From Eledone cirrhosa (Eukaryota), in assembly GCA_964016885.1 (NCBI GenBank), contig OZ024740.1, forward strand, positions 225,556,001 through 225,620,000: a DNA stretch of 64,000 bases. The letters are read 5' to 3'. The translations under genes were made by a program, and so were the position numbers. How positions within the stretch are numbered: the stretch's first letter is position 1; each line of letters begins with the position of its first letter. This document shows, piece by piece, positions 52,166 to 64,000 of the stretch. The notes beneath the pieces were generated by a model, which was not told the DNA's origin, ran no database searches, and saw only the letters and a list, made by a program, of their open reading frames with translations.

Positions 52166-53419
52166 TTTGTCATCACATAGTCAAATTCCCATCAAAAACA
52201 TCCTGCTGTACGTAAAAACAGAACATGCTTAATGTAATTCTAGATATAGTGTGTCTGAATAAAAAAGATAGAGTATCCATTGTTATAAGGATTTTGAAAA
52301 TAGGACTGTTTGATTAGGATTAGTATGAGGTACACATCAGTAAACTTAAAGGTTATCAAAAACAGTAATTTTCAGAATTGTTCAAGAAAATAGATCTCAT
52401 GCCCTTCCGAGTTATCTTCGCTGCTGTATCAAAATAACTCTTCTTGATGTCATCTAAAAAACAAAACGAAAAGAGCATTAGAAATAGCTGTATGTAAAAT
52501 GGGTACAGACATGGCTGAGTTGTTAAATAGGTTTTTTAAATGATGAGGTTGAAGGTTCAGTCCTAGTTCATGGCACATTGAAGAAGTCTTTTTTTTCTAT
52601 AACCTTCAATTGATCAATACCTTGTATGTAATATTCCATAGATGGAATTTGTGTGAACCCCATTGGAGGAACTATTCTTGTACATGGGTGATAGAATTGA
52701 TTTGTCGCACAATTTAAAACCATTACCTGCTCCTCGGGTCCTTTAGCAGATCCACTCAGTTGCAAGCTTTCAGTCCAAGGCTCACGTCTGAGAATAACTT
52801 TCTCTCTTCTTGCTACTTATATTGGAAGCCATGAAAGGTGTCATGAATATTGCCCTGTCTCATCTTATCATTAACATGGCAAAGTAGATACATGTGTCAA
52901 ATGCTCCTCAGAATCAGCTTACAGACTGTTATGATCATTGCTGTACTTACACCTGAAAATACTGGAAGATATTACAATGATTATGACAAGTCTTTTTGCC
53001 TCTTTACTGGGCTGATAAAACTTGTATTTAACCCATCAAGTTCTCAACTATATCATAACATTTTCAAGGAATTCTGAATTGGTGATGTGATAATGCAAGA
53101 ACTTTTCCCAAGACAATGTATTTGACCAAATGTTCTCTGTAGTAAAAGTGTCACTATAACATATTAGAAGAAAGAAATGGAAATTTTATTTTTAAAGTAA
53201 CTTCTTTCTGTTCATACAACATCCAATATATTGCTAACTGGCAACATATCAGCATAATAATCCTCCTGCTCATGCTGCCAAATTATTGAAGCTTTTTCTA
53301 CAAGATCAGGAAAAAATAATACAACTTTCTAACACAGACACAAACACATGTATATAAATAAATATGTGCGTGTATGTATATATGTATATAAATATATATA
53401 TATATATACACACACCTAA

Positions 53420-53476
<57 letters not shown>

Positions 53477-54023
53477 CTGTATATATATATATATATATTG
53501 TGTATGTATGCATGTATATAGAGATGGTATATATGTTTAAGCATTCTTATTTTGTTTAGGCATGTATATATGTATTTATATATGTATGCATATAGAGATG
53601 CTGTATATGTTTAAACATTCTTGTTATGTTTATATAAAGATAGTAAAGTAAGTTACATATAAGCTGTATTTCTGCCAAATAAGCAATTCCTAGTTGAGTC
53701 CAATTTTTTTTGGTTCACTTATTTCCCATATGTAAAATTTCTGATAAAATTCAGTTGTGTTGCAAAGTACAAGTTCTAACTGAAGACCTGTCCAATGAAC
53801 ACTTGAGATAAAAGGTATTGTAATGTTTGTTGAACTAATGATACATTTAGTGTTCCTATATTTTTAATGTATGGATATATATATATATATGTGTGTGTGT
53901 ATGTGAGAGAGTCCCAGGTTCAGTAAGGGGTAACCACAGTAACTAAGGTATTCAATGCAATGATGATTTCCTTCAAATCAAACTGTTCTATTCCTGTATA
54001 AGCCATTTCCATGTTAAATTTGT

Positions 54024-54125
<102 letters not shown>

Positions 54126-54190
54126 CATATCTATATATCTATACATCTATAGATAGATAGATAGATAGATATATAGATGTATAGATATGT

Positions 54191-54532
54191 ATCATCATCA
54201 TCATCATAATCATCATTTTACGTCTGCTTTTCCCTGCTTGCAAGGGTGGGACAGGAACTGATTCTGGCTTGATTTCTACAGCTGGATGCCCTTCCTAACA
54301 CCAACCTCATTTACAGTGAGTGTTGGGTGCTTTTTTGCCGTGGCACCTCCACGACCACTTTGCAGTGGAATGATATGGACCCCAGTCCCTATCATCTCAT
54401 TTCTACAGCTGAGTAAACTGGAGCAATGTGAAATAAAGTGTCTTGCTCAAGGAAACAACACATCACCCAGACTGAGAATTGAACTCACAACCTTTCGATT
54501 GCAAGGCTCTAACCATTAAGTCATGTGCCTCC
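54191..54532 (-). mobile_element. SINE family 2 with an RTE-derived tail
   Basis: Reverse-complement match to 28716-29063. Confidence 0.88.
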
Positions 54533-54572
54533 ATATATATATATATGTGTGTGTGTGTATGTACATATATAT

Positions 54573-54574
<2 letters not shown>

Positions 54575-54629
<55 letters not shown>
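54575..54629. repeat. (GA)n microsatellite
   Basis: Seen directly. Confidence 0.95.
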
Positions 54630-54632
<3 letters not shown>

Positions 54633-54843
54633 GGGCAAAGAGAGCGAGAGAGTCTGTGGTGCTGAGACCAAAAAGACCACAAATCATGGGAGTACTCAAT
54701 GCATGGGGAGATGCAGAAAGGGTATAAAGATGGATATAATCCCGTCTGTAGTTCCAACTGGTTTCAGCTTGGGTGTGAAGCAAGCCATTGTGCTGAACAT
54801 ACAAGCTGAAACTACTTGGTGGCATGCTTAATATTATACCTAC

Positions 54844-54899
<56 letters not shown>

Positions 54900-55276
54900 C
54901 ATCACTAAACATGAAAAGTCAGTACTGAAGAGGGTCTACTGCACTTACATACAGTCCCATGATCTACTGAGTGCATTTTATTATGACACTAACACTAGCT
55001 AGGTTGTCATGTTTTTAACACAACTAAAGAGGCCTTCGAACTCTTTGGCCAAAATCCTATGGATGAATGCCCTTCTTACCACCAACCACTTTACAGCATG
55101 CATGCACTGGGTGTATTTATCATGTAGATTACCAATACTAGCGAGATTGTCATTTCATTGACACAACTGAAGGGTTCTCCTGAACCTTTTTTGGCAAGCT
55201 TTCTATGGCTGCATGCCCTCCCTTGCAACAACCAATTTACAGCATGCACTCGTTAAGATTATTATGTGGATCACCA

Positions 55277-55492
55277 GGGCAGTGGATTGGTAGTATCGGT
55301 AGATCATCAGACAATATGCTTTACAGCATAGAGTTACAACACTTTATGTTCTGTGTTCAAATCCCGCCAAGGTTGTCTTTGCCTTTCGTCCTTATGGGGT
55401 TGATAAAATAAAGCACCAGTAATGCACTGGGATCGATTTAACCGACCTTCCCTTCTCCCCAAATTGCTGGCCTTGTGCCTATAGTAGAATTC
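55277..55492 (+). mobile_element. SINE family 1 (long variant) nested in a tandem repeat
   Basis: 19-bp TSD attattatgt(g/a)gatcacca at 55258-55276 and 55493-55511. Confidence 0.88.
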
Positions 55493-56390
55493 ATTATTAT
55501 GTAGATCACCAACACTAGATATGTTGTGTCATTGATGCAATTGAAGGGTCCTTTCAACCCTTTTGGCATGGCTTCTACGGCAGGGTGTCCTTTTTCACAC
55601 CAACCAGCTTACAGGGTGGATGTATTGGGCACATTCTTTTGGCCCCAAAACTAGAGAGGTTATCAGTATTTATTCCAAATGAAGAGCCCTTCTGTTCAAC
55701 TGGGGAGAGGAAAGGAGAAGAAAAGGGAAATAAGTATGATTTTATGGATTTATATGTCAATGATGAAGCTGATGAGGATGGTGATGTATGTATATATTAA
55801 CCCATTTGTTACCATATTTCAAATGATGGTACTATTAAGGATTTTGAATTAATTTTGAAAATATTTAAGAATATGGAGGAATTTATTGATATTAGTTGAT
55901 AAGTTGGTGTTTGTTTCAGAACTTGAAGGTTTTTACATAAAATTTTATCCTTTTTTCTCTCCAAATACAATTCGTTCATATGATATATTATAAATTAAAT
56001 ATAATTGAAATAGAAATAGAAGCTTCATCATAAAATTTTTGACTATATTATATAATTTTATGGGGAAGTTTCTATTTTTATTTCAATTCTAAACTTAGCT
56101 TGCTGCATTTCAAAGATACTTCCTATAATTATAATACTTTGAAACTTCCCATACTCTTGCTACCCTTTTATTTATCTATAACCCAGCATGCAAAGCATTT
56201 TCTTTTCCTTAGCTTGAATTGCTCATTGTTAACATATATCTGGGCTACTTGAGTCAACTCACTTGAATATAGGGATTATTATTGCTTCTCATGGACAAAT
56301 AATCTTTATTCTAGATGAACAAATGTTGGCAGCTCCTTGTAATTCTTTTGGTACAGTATTTTGGAAGAACTATTATTTCTTGGATTAGAC

Positions 56391-56671
56391 CAGTGATTCC
56401 CAACGTGGGGCACACACCTACAAGGGGATCAATTTTAATATTTAAGGAGGCCATTTGAAAATTATGTTAATGAGAACAAACCTCAGGTTTTACTTTGGTG
56501 CACATTGTTGTCAGAAACTCCTGTCTCACTTCCTCCATATGTTATTGTGCATTTGCCACCAATTTGTTTACACTTTGTCGTTAATTATTGCTGTTTTCAT
56601 GTCAAAGGGGGACATAACAATTTTTTAGATTTTGAGGTGGAGCATTGGGAACAAAAGGTTGGAAACCACTA
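56391..56671. mobile_element. Non-autonomous hAT (Charlie-type) MITE
   Basis: TIRs cagtgattcccaac and gttggaaaccacta; 8-bp TSD gattagac at 56383-56390 and 56672-56679. Confidence 0.85.
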
Positions 56672-56975
56672 GATTAGACTGAATAGTGCTGGCACATTCT
56701 GGTAAGGCGTACAGCCAAATATTAGGATAAGAATCTTATAGTCATGGTTTCAATTCTTGGATAAGATAGTTTGTTACATCCTTGATAGAAGACATATCCT
56801 TTGATATTGCTCTCATCTACTCAACTGAAAAAAATAGTACCAGCAACAGACTTCTTTCATTTTCAGAAGGGAGTCTTCTCTCTTTCATTGCTTAACACTA
56901 ATGAAATCATTTGAGAATCTCTAGGCTTGGGAAAACTTTAACTTTAAATTTGGTAAGTAAAATATACTTGAATAT

Positions 56976-57188
56976 GTGGATTGGCAGTATCAGTAGAGCG
57001 TCAGACAACATGCTTAGCAGCCTGGAGTTACGGCCCTTTACATTCTTAGTTCAAATCCCACTGAGGTTAGCTTTGCCTTTCATCCTTATGGGGTCGATAA
57101 AATAAAGCAACAGTATGCGCTGGTGTTAATTTAATCGACTTTCCCCTTCTCCCAAATTGCTGGTCTTGTGCTTCTAGTAGAAATTATT
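56976..57188 (+). mobile_element. SINE family 1 (long variant)
   Basis: gtggattggcagtatc..gcctttcatccttatggggtcgataaaataaag..tagtagaaa. Confidence 0.85.
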
Positions 57189-57499
57189 AATAGATGGAGT
57201 TCCATCTAAGAACTGTTAAGAAATATTTCTATGTCATAAAATAATTTGATGAGATTAGTTTATCATCTATCATTAATGGATATAAATGCCTATAGATGTT
57301 TCTTTGATTTTGTCTTTCCTATAATGCTTTAGAAGTAGCAAATTAGCAGATTCATTAGAATGTCTGATAGAATGCTTTGCAGTATTCATTTTGGCTATAG
57401 GCTCTCTGAGTTCAAATTATGCCAAGGTGAACTTTGCCTTTCATCCATTCAAGGTCGATAAAAAGGAGCAGTCAAGTGTTGGGATTGATTCTTTTTCAA

Positions 57500-58180
57500 T
57501 ATCTCTTTCTCACTTCCATTCTCTCATTCAATATCCCTCTGTAGAAGAAATCTTCTGCATTCATACATGGGCTCTGGTAGGTATCAAATATGCCCTAGAA
57601 ATGCTGTATGTTAATATGGTGCACCTACAACTCCCTCATGAGTAACAGGACCATGCATGCATAATGTGTTAACATATAAGGTTTGAACTAAAAATATGCA
57701 TATATAAGAAGAATTGCAGAATCAAATACTTTTGAAGCTGAATATTCTTTACTAATTTCTTTACTGTGGTGTGAATGTAGGTGAATTCGTTTTAACGGGG
57801 GGGGGGGGGGGGGGTACTTTTGTACTAAAGACTTAGAAGACACCATATGGGAAGCAAAAGCTTGGATAGTCAAAGAACAGCTGAGGTAGAATAGTTAAAT
57901 GGAAGCTGAAGAAAATATAGCTAACATGGGGCATGGTATCGAGAGCTTATAAAGACCAATGTGAATGGTACCAGAACATTGATTCTTCATTTCTCAGTAA
58001 AAAAGAAGAATATATTAATAATATTGATACATTGTCTGAATAATATTCATGATGTTCTTCACCATGTCTCCATCCTCTGCACTGGGATGATGAGGTGGAT
58101 TGATCCTTAAGTTCCATCTATGTTAGTGGCATATGGAATATATCTACTTAAAATTTAACATACTTGATAGTCATTGCTGC
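57500..58180 (-). pseudogene. IR/iGluR-like pseudogene M (S1, M1, M2, M3)
   Basis: LSSMLNFK (58147-58170); DGT*GS; VPFTLVFI..LYFLQLPFNY (~57891-57975); M1 end LVQKYPP; M2 FDSAILLIYAYF* (ORF 57688-57873). Confidence 0.65.
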
Positions 58181-58344
58181 ACACCTATCTCAGTCTCTCT
58201 AAACATCTCTTCTCATGCTGCCCTCATTCTCTCTCACCCATTATTGAATGCTTCCTCCTGTTCTCTTTCTGTATATGCTTCTATGGCTGTCTGTTATTAT
58301 ATTGTTTACTCGCCTGTATCTCCTTCATCTTAACAACATTATAT

Positions 58345-58540
58345 TACCCCAGTGCATTATGGTACTATATTTTATCAACCTTTTAGGATGAAAGGCAAAG
58401 CCAATCCTGCTGAGGTTAGCTTTGTTTTTCATCCTTACGGAGTCAATAAAATATAACACCAGTAATGCGGTCATGTCGATTTAATTGAATTTACTCTCCC
58501 CGCCAAAATCGTTGGCCTTGTGCCTAAATCAGAAACCATT
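58345..58540. mobile_element. Fold-back pair of SINE family 1 halves
   Basis: A minus-strand central/3' part (58345-58406) abuts a plus-strand central/3' part (58410-58540). Confidence 0.75.
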
Positions 58541-58829
58541 ATTTCCCCCCTGAATACTAGTACAAATTATTTTATTGAACAATGGCTAGTTTGTAATTAA
58601 TTTAGAGCAATCATTGTTTTTTAACACCAGGTCAACTCATACCTGATACCAATCACAACTCTTACTTTTTTTCTTCAGCTATAGTGTATCTAAGGTTATA
58701 TTATTTAATGTGTCCTTTTTCTGAAGATAGTAGGAATATGATTTGAGGGAAATTTGATTTTTAATCTTAGCAGGTTAAACAACTGCTTAGCAATTCCCTG
58801 TTATCTCATAATTTAGAATAGTGAAACAC

Positions 58830-59750
58830 ATCTCTACTTCTCTTATAATTTTCTTTCAATCAGAAAGAGAAAAGCATTGCCCATGATCCATTTCAAGGTC
58901 TCTGAAACTGGTAGAGAGGAAAATATCTTCAAGACAAGAATATGGCTTGAAAGCTTGCAAAAGATTTAACTGTACTGTAAGCACTGAAGGCACACATTTT
59001 TGTTATTGATTTCTTTATTTGTTGTCATGGATTTCAGGTTTCAGAGAATTTGGAAAGTGACACCTTAGTTGTAAATATGTTTATAGCTGGGATACTCTTT
59101 CCATTGCAAACAACCTGTCAGTGAAGTGAAATAGAGTTTCTGTTGTCATAACTAACTTATCAAATGACTTTCAGTCAGTAGTCCTGCTTCGTATGTTAAT
59201 CTACTTTCAGCAGACGCTTTTGAGAAATTCCTTATCCTTTGTAAATTGAAACTGTAAAGAAGGCCATCATTCATGTTTGTGTGTGAACGTGTGTATTAGT
59301 TTACTGGCGATGTCTTCACACTGATAATGCTTAATATTATATCATATTTGTTTATGTCATCCATAAACAATATGCTCTGAAACATAGCAGTTAATAAAGA
59401 GGAATTATATATGCCATACTTATAATAAAACAGAAGAATGGCTTGGTATGAAGAACAGCATCCAACTATAGAGAAGTTTTCTTAAATATCTCATTCAAAC
59501 CATACCACCATAGAAAAGTGAAAGCAGAAAGAAGGGCAATGATGGTGATCAATATTATCATCATTATCATGATCATGATCATAACCATAATAGTGGTGAT
59601 GATAATGGCGAAATTATATTTTTGTAGAGACAATAATATGCAAATCAACTTTAAAGTAGCCATGTTAGGTTTTCTTACTCCTCCCTCAAGTAATTCTAAT
59701 TTGAGGATTTTGTAGATAAAAACATAAATTATCTTTTCTACTTCCAAATT
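58830..59750 (-). pseudogene. IR/iGluR-like pseudogene K (M1 through S2)
   Basis: M1 end ILLSLQKYNF; M2 LSAFTFLWWYG; M3 FFCFIISMAY/NSSLLTAM (2-nt slip at ~59408; cf. FFTLIIISSYTANLAAFL); MDDINKYDIILSIISVKTS; CAFSAYSTVKSFASFQAIFLS*RYFPLY (58911-58994). Confidence 0.65.
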
Positions 59751-60059
59751 TAAGGGAAAACAAAAAAATATGAGAAATATTGCTTGAAATAATTTTCATT
59801 GGTTCTACCATAGTTACAAAGAATGGATGAACAGATAAATTTTCATTATTTTATTTTTTTCCCCCGATGTGCTTCCTAGCGACAACACTTCTGTAATGAG
59901 GTGGAACTAGTTGCTATTTTACAACTGGATAACCTTAAGTAGGAAAAATGTTTCCATGACTGATAAAACTAATGCTCTACTTTCACCTCAAAGGACCCCT
60001 CAAACTGAAAAAGTTGACATCCAGAGATCTTGGCCTATCTAATCTAAAGTAAAAAAAAA

Positions 60060-60480
60060 AGCAATAACTAACTTATTTTTGCTTTGCACAGTTGTTAAAG
60101 AGGTTATTTTAACACATAAGTATGAAAGAAAAAGTAGTATTAGTCTACATATTTTGTGGATAGTTTCAGGCAAACAAAAAACTACTAATATTATACTAGA
60201 GAAGCATCATTGATCATGTGTAAAAAGAGGGAGAAGAAAAAAAATATGTTTATATATTTCCAAAAATTCAGAAATTATTAGATTTATATTTAGATTTGCC
60301 TTTCATCAGATTATGTTCAGCAAAATCATATAGGAAATAATGCATCTGTTCTAGACACTCTCTGATAACTGTAGGCTCCAAGAAATTGATCCTTTCAATA
60401 GATAATAAACTAAACAGCAGGAGTATTTTAATAATAGTTGCAAACACCAACAGGAAAAAATTGTGTTGATATAAATAATA
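60060..60480 (-). pseudogene. IR/iGluR-like fragment L (M1, M2, M3)
   Basis: ORF 60268-60450 LLLFSLLSIERINF (M1 end); NNF*IFGNI (M2); SSFLFA*NYPQNM (M3-like). Confidence 0.5.
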
Positions 60481-60820
60481 TTAAAAAAATCGGAAAGAAA
60501 TAAATGCAAAAAAAATGTAGATTTATTATTTATTTATTTTTTATATGGTTAGATCAGCTACATAGTGTAACTAATACAATTCACACTATCGGTACATACT
60601 ATAAATTGAATCATTTTGTTAATAACAGTGCACAAAACTAATAAGTCTTTTATATTGTCAAATATTTTATGTATTTGTGCATAGTTAGTTGCCCGCATTC
60701 ACACATATATGAAATTATAGAATGGATTTAGTTTACTATTTATCTATACATATTCATTTACAACATGCTCTATACACTTGTTTTAAAATCAGAGTGTATG
60801 CATATATATATATATATATA

Positions 60821-63800
60821 TTAATAAAAGGAATTCCAACTTTGTCTGATTTACTCGTTTTATTTACAATCCTTTAAAATTTATAATGGTATTAGAATGA
60901 AATAGTATGGTAGAATATTAAATGTTAAGTGTTAATTGAGCAAGTACTTTCATGCTTTCGCAATCTTCAGGTTCATAATGTGTGGTGACAGTCAAGTTTG
61001 CAATTTTCAACTGTAATGAGTGAAAAGTGGCTCCAGAATGCTAAATCTTGCAAACTGTATTTCGACCAATCGGTGTGTAGTTTCACTGGATTACTAAAGC
61101 TGATTGGTTTAGGCGTCACCTTTGGTTGAGCATGTCTAACGACTACTAATTGATCCTATCCAAAGCATCTATTGTTTTGCTATTTTTAGAAATGATGAAA
61201 ATAGCATTTTCTAGTAATCATCACCATCAACATCACTTTTATTATTATTATTATTATTATTGTTGTTGTTGTTAGTGGTTGTAGTCGACATGGTCGTAGT
61301 CATAGTCATAGTAGAAGTAATACCCCTAAGCATTATTATTGTTCATTTAGCTTGGGTTTGAATTTATCAATAAAATTCTTTTCTTTGATTTTTCTCTTGA
61401 TTTCACTTGGGCTGTGTAATTTATAGAATGGGAATATTATAAATATTCCCTGACCACATGTTGCTAGATGGTTACTTAGGGGTATCTGACTGACATTTGA
61501 GTCTCTGATTTGCTGTCGGTGCACCCGTGCAGGTTCTGATAGTGCATTTCCAGTTTGACCGACATTTAGTTCTTCACAATTCGGGCATTTAATGCAGTAA
61601 ATTAGATTTCTGCTTTTACAGTTCATATTTGCATTTGGGAATATTTTTCCAGTTTTTGTTTTCATATATTGACCGGCGTGTATGGATTGACATGTACCAC
61701 ATCGACTATCATTGCATTTAGATACAGTGAATGATTGGTCTTTACTTTGCTTTTGTTAGTAATTGCTTCAAAATTTTCGGCTGTCTTTTACGAAGAGTCA
61801 AAGATCGATCTTTTAAATCATTACTTTGAGCTATGATCGGTAGGTTTGCTTTGGCAGTGTTGAAGATATTCTGGTGACATGGGTTGTGTGTCATTATAAA
61901 TGGTATGACTAGTTCTTGGTTTCTTCTTCCTTGGGTTGTCCTAAGTTGTTGTATAGGTATTTTTATAGCCCGCTGTATGCCATTTTCTATAAGTAGAGGT
62001 GGGTATTTTTGTTTGAGCAAAAATTCTCTCATTCTGTTAGGCGTTTGTTCCTGGTATTCGTATCTTCTACAATGGTACAAATTCTTCTGGCTAGGCAGTA
62101 TGGGGTGTTGCGTTTTGTATGAGGTGGATGGCACGACTTAAAATTCAGATATAGATGGGTGTCTGTGTGTTTATAATATATATCCGTGGTAATGGTGGTG
62201 TCGTTTTTTATTACCATTATATCTAGGAATGGTAATTTGGTCCTACTCATCTCTTTTGTGAATTGGAGAGATGGGTGCAGGTTATTCAGGAGGATATTGA
62301 ACTCATCCAGAGTATCTAGAGATTCTGGCCAGATGATGAAACAAGATTTTTCAATGTACTTTCTAAAGTCAGTACTATATTGTTCCTCTATTTCTTGGTA
62401 GAGTTGTCGTTCTAAGTATCCCATTACAGAGTTCGCGTAAACGGGAGCAAACTTCGTTCCCATCGCTGTGCCTCTAATTTGGATGTAATTCTTTCCATTG
62501 AAGAAGAAAGTGTTGTTTTCCAGAATAAGTTTAACTGCATCTAATATAAATGGCGCTGTGAATCTGATGGGAATCACTTCTTTATGTTTTTCTACCCGAT
62601 ATTTAACCGCCTTTATTCCTAAGTCATGTGTAATGTTGGTGTAAAGGCTTACCACATCCAAACTATGTAGAAGTGAATTCGTTTCCGTGGTTTTGGGAAG
62701 ATAGGACAGGAAGTCGATATCATCCCGGATGAAACTGGTTATGTGAATACTTAGTGGTTTCAAAATAATGTCAACACAATTGCTTAGACGGTGGGTGGGC
62801 ATGTTGGACCAGCTATAATAGGTCTAAGTTTTAAGTCTTTTGGGTGTAGTAATTTAATGTACTCACTGTTTTGTTCTCTTACTGCCAGTTGTATTTCTTT
62901 TGACTTATGAACTTTCGGTAGGCCATACAGGTTGGTGGGTTTTGGCTCAAAATTGGTGATGTAGTCTCTTTCCTTATCAGTAAGTGAGTTGTGGTATTTT
63001 GAAGCCAGGTTGTTGATCTTCTTCATGATGTTGTGGTCTATATTTGACGGTATTTCATGATAGAATGTTGTGTCTTTCAGTTGTTCCTCAACCAAATCCT
63101 TGTAGTATTCAACATCCATTATAACAACTGCACCCCCTTTATCTGCTTGTTTAATTATCATTGTTTTATCATTTTGTATACGTTTAAGTGCAGACATTTC
63201 TGATTTGTTAATGTTTGGCCTAACATTAGTATTACGTCTAAGAGGAAATTTAGACAGGATGTCAATGTATTGGTCGGGATAGATATTTCTTCCTTTTGGC
63301 GGAGTGAATATTCTTTACTAGTGATTCATCACTCTCATTACTTTTATCAGCGAAGAATTCTACAAGACGTAATTTTCGACAGAATTCTTGGGTATCCTCC
63401 TTCAGTTCTTGGTGGTTGACTGTTGGAGTCGGTGTGAATTTCAGTCCTTTTGACAGAATTTGCATTTCATCATTGTCAAGATCTCTTTTGGATAAATTAA
63501 TTATTTTAGGATCTACGTGTACAGTTGTTTTGGGTATGTTTCCTCCTGGAGTTTTTCTTTTTCCGGTTTTTGTTGTTCTGACGTTAAAAAATGAATTTTT
63601 CTCTGTTCAGGATTTATATTCCTGTTGGTGTTTGCTTGATGAACTTTTGGTCGTGATATTATATTTGGTTTCGTTATGTATTTTGTCCTATTTTTGGTAT
63701 TATGTATATTATTTTTCCATTTCTTGTTAACATTATTTTTAACAATCTGGGCAAATGGCCTAGGTTTGCTTTCAGGTTTAGATCGTTTTTTTTCGCCCTG

Positions 63801-64000
63801 TTTCTTGTGGGTTATCTCTGTTGACATCTTGAGAGTGATCTGGTTATTCTACGTTTTGTTTCCCCGTTCCTTGTGGGTAGTCTCTGTTGAGATCTTGAGA
63901 ATGATCTCCTGGTTTTACTACTTCTCATGGTCTGGTCAAAGGCATATCTACCGTGTTTGTGCTTTTTGTTCATGTTGTGTGCGATAGGGTGTTTTTGTAG
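60821..64000 (-). mobile_element. Penelope-like element (Neptune-type), frameshifted, continues beyond the window
   Basis: LSKGLKFTPTP, KQADKGGAVV, YGLPKVHK, RPIIAG, LDVVSLYTNI, GTAMGTKFAP, LPFLD; linker CNDSRCGTC; GIY-YIG NLIYCIKCPNC..VGQT; 3' end abuts (TA)n. Confidence 0.9.
60937..60975 (-). ncRNA. Minimal type I hammerhead ribozyme in the Penelope 3' repeat
   Basis: Minus strand TGAAC-CTGAAGA-TTGCGAAAGCAT-GAAA-GTAC-TT-GCTCA: CUGANGA and GAAA core, stem II TGC/GCA with a GAAA loop, palindromic stem III AGTACT, stem I TGAAC/GCTCA with one mismatch. Confidence 0.75.

Overview
This is AT-rich eukaryotic (animal) DNA, dense in microsatellites. The SINE/LINE repertoire suggests an octopod cephalopod; that is an inference. 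I found no intact host gene. Roughly half the window is transposable elements: a near full-length Dong/R4-clade RLE retrotransposon (-), a full-length Tx1-clade element (+), a near full-length RTE LINE (+) plus many RTE fragments, two Penelope-like elements (-), two tRNA-derived SINE families and MITEs. One Penelope has a 760-aa open RT-GIY-YIG frame; the other carries a minimal hammerhead ribozyme. The main hidden signal lies between these repeats. Manual minus-strand translation gives about 14 decayed fragments matching ionotropic glutamate receptor / variant ionotropic receptor (IR) architecture (S1, M1, M2 pore loop, M3, S2, M4). All are on the same strand and, within each fragment, in the expected order. 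This looks like a tandem array of pseudogenised IR-like receptor genes later riddled with TEs. These assignments come from by-eye motif comparison and need HMM/tBLASTn confirmation; fragment boundaries are approximate.
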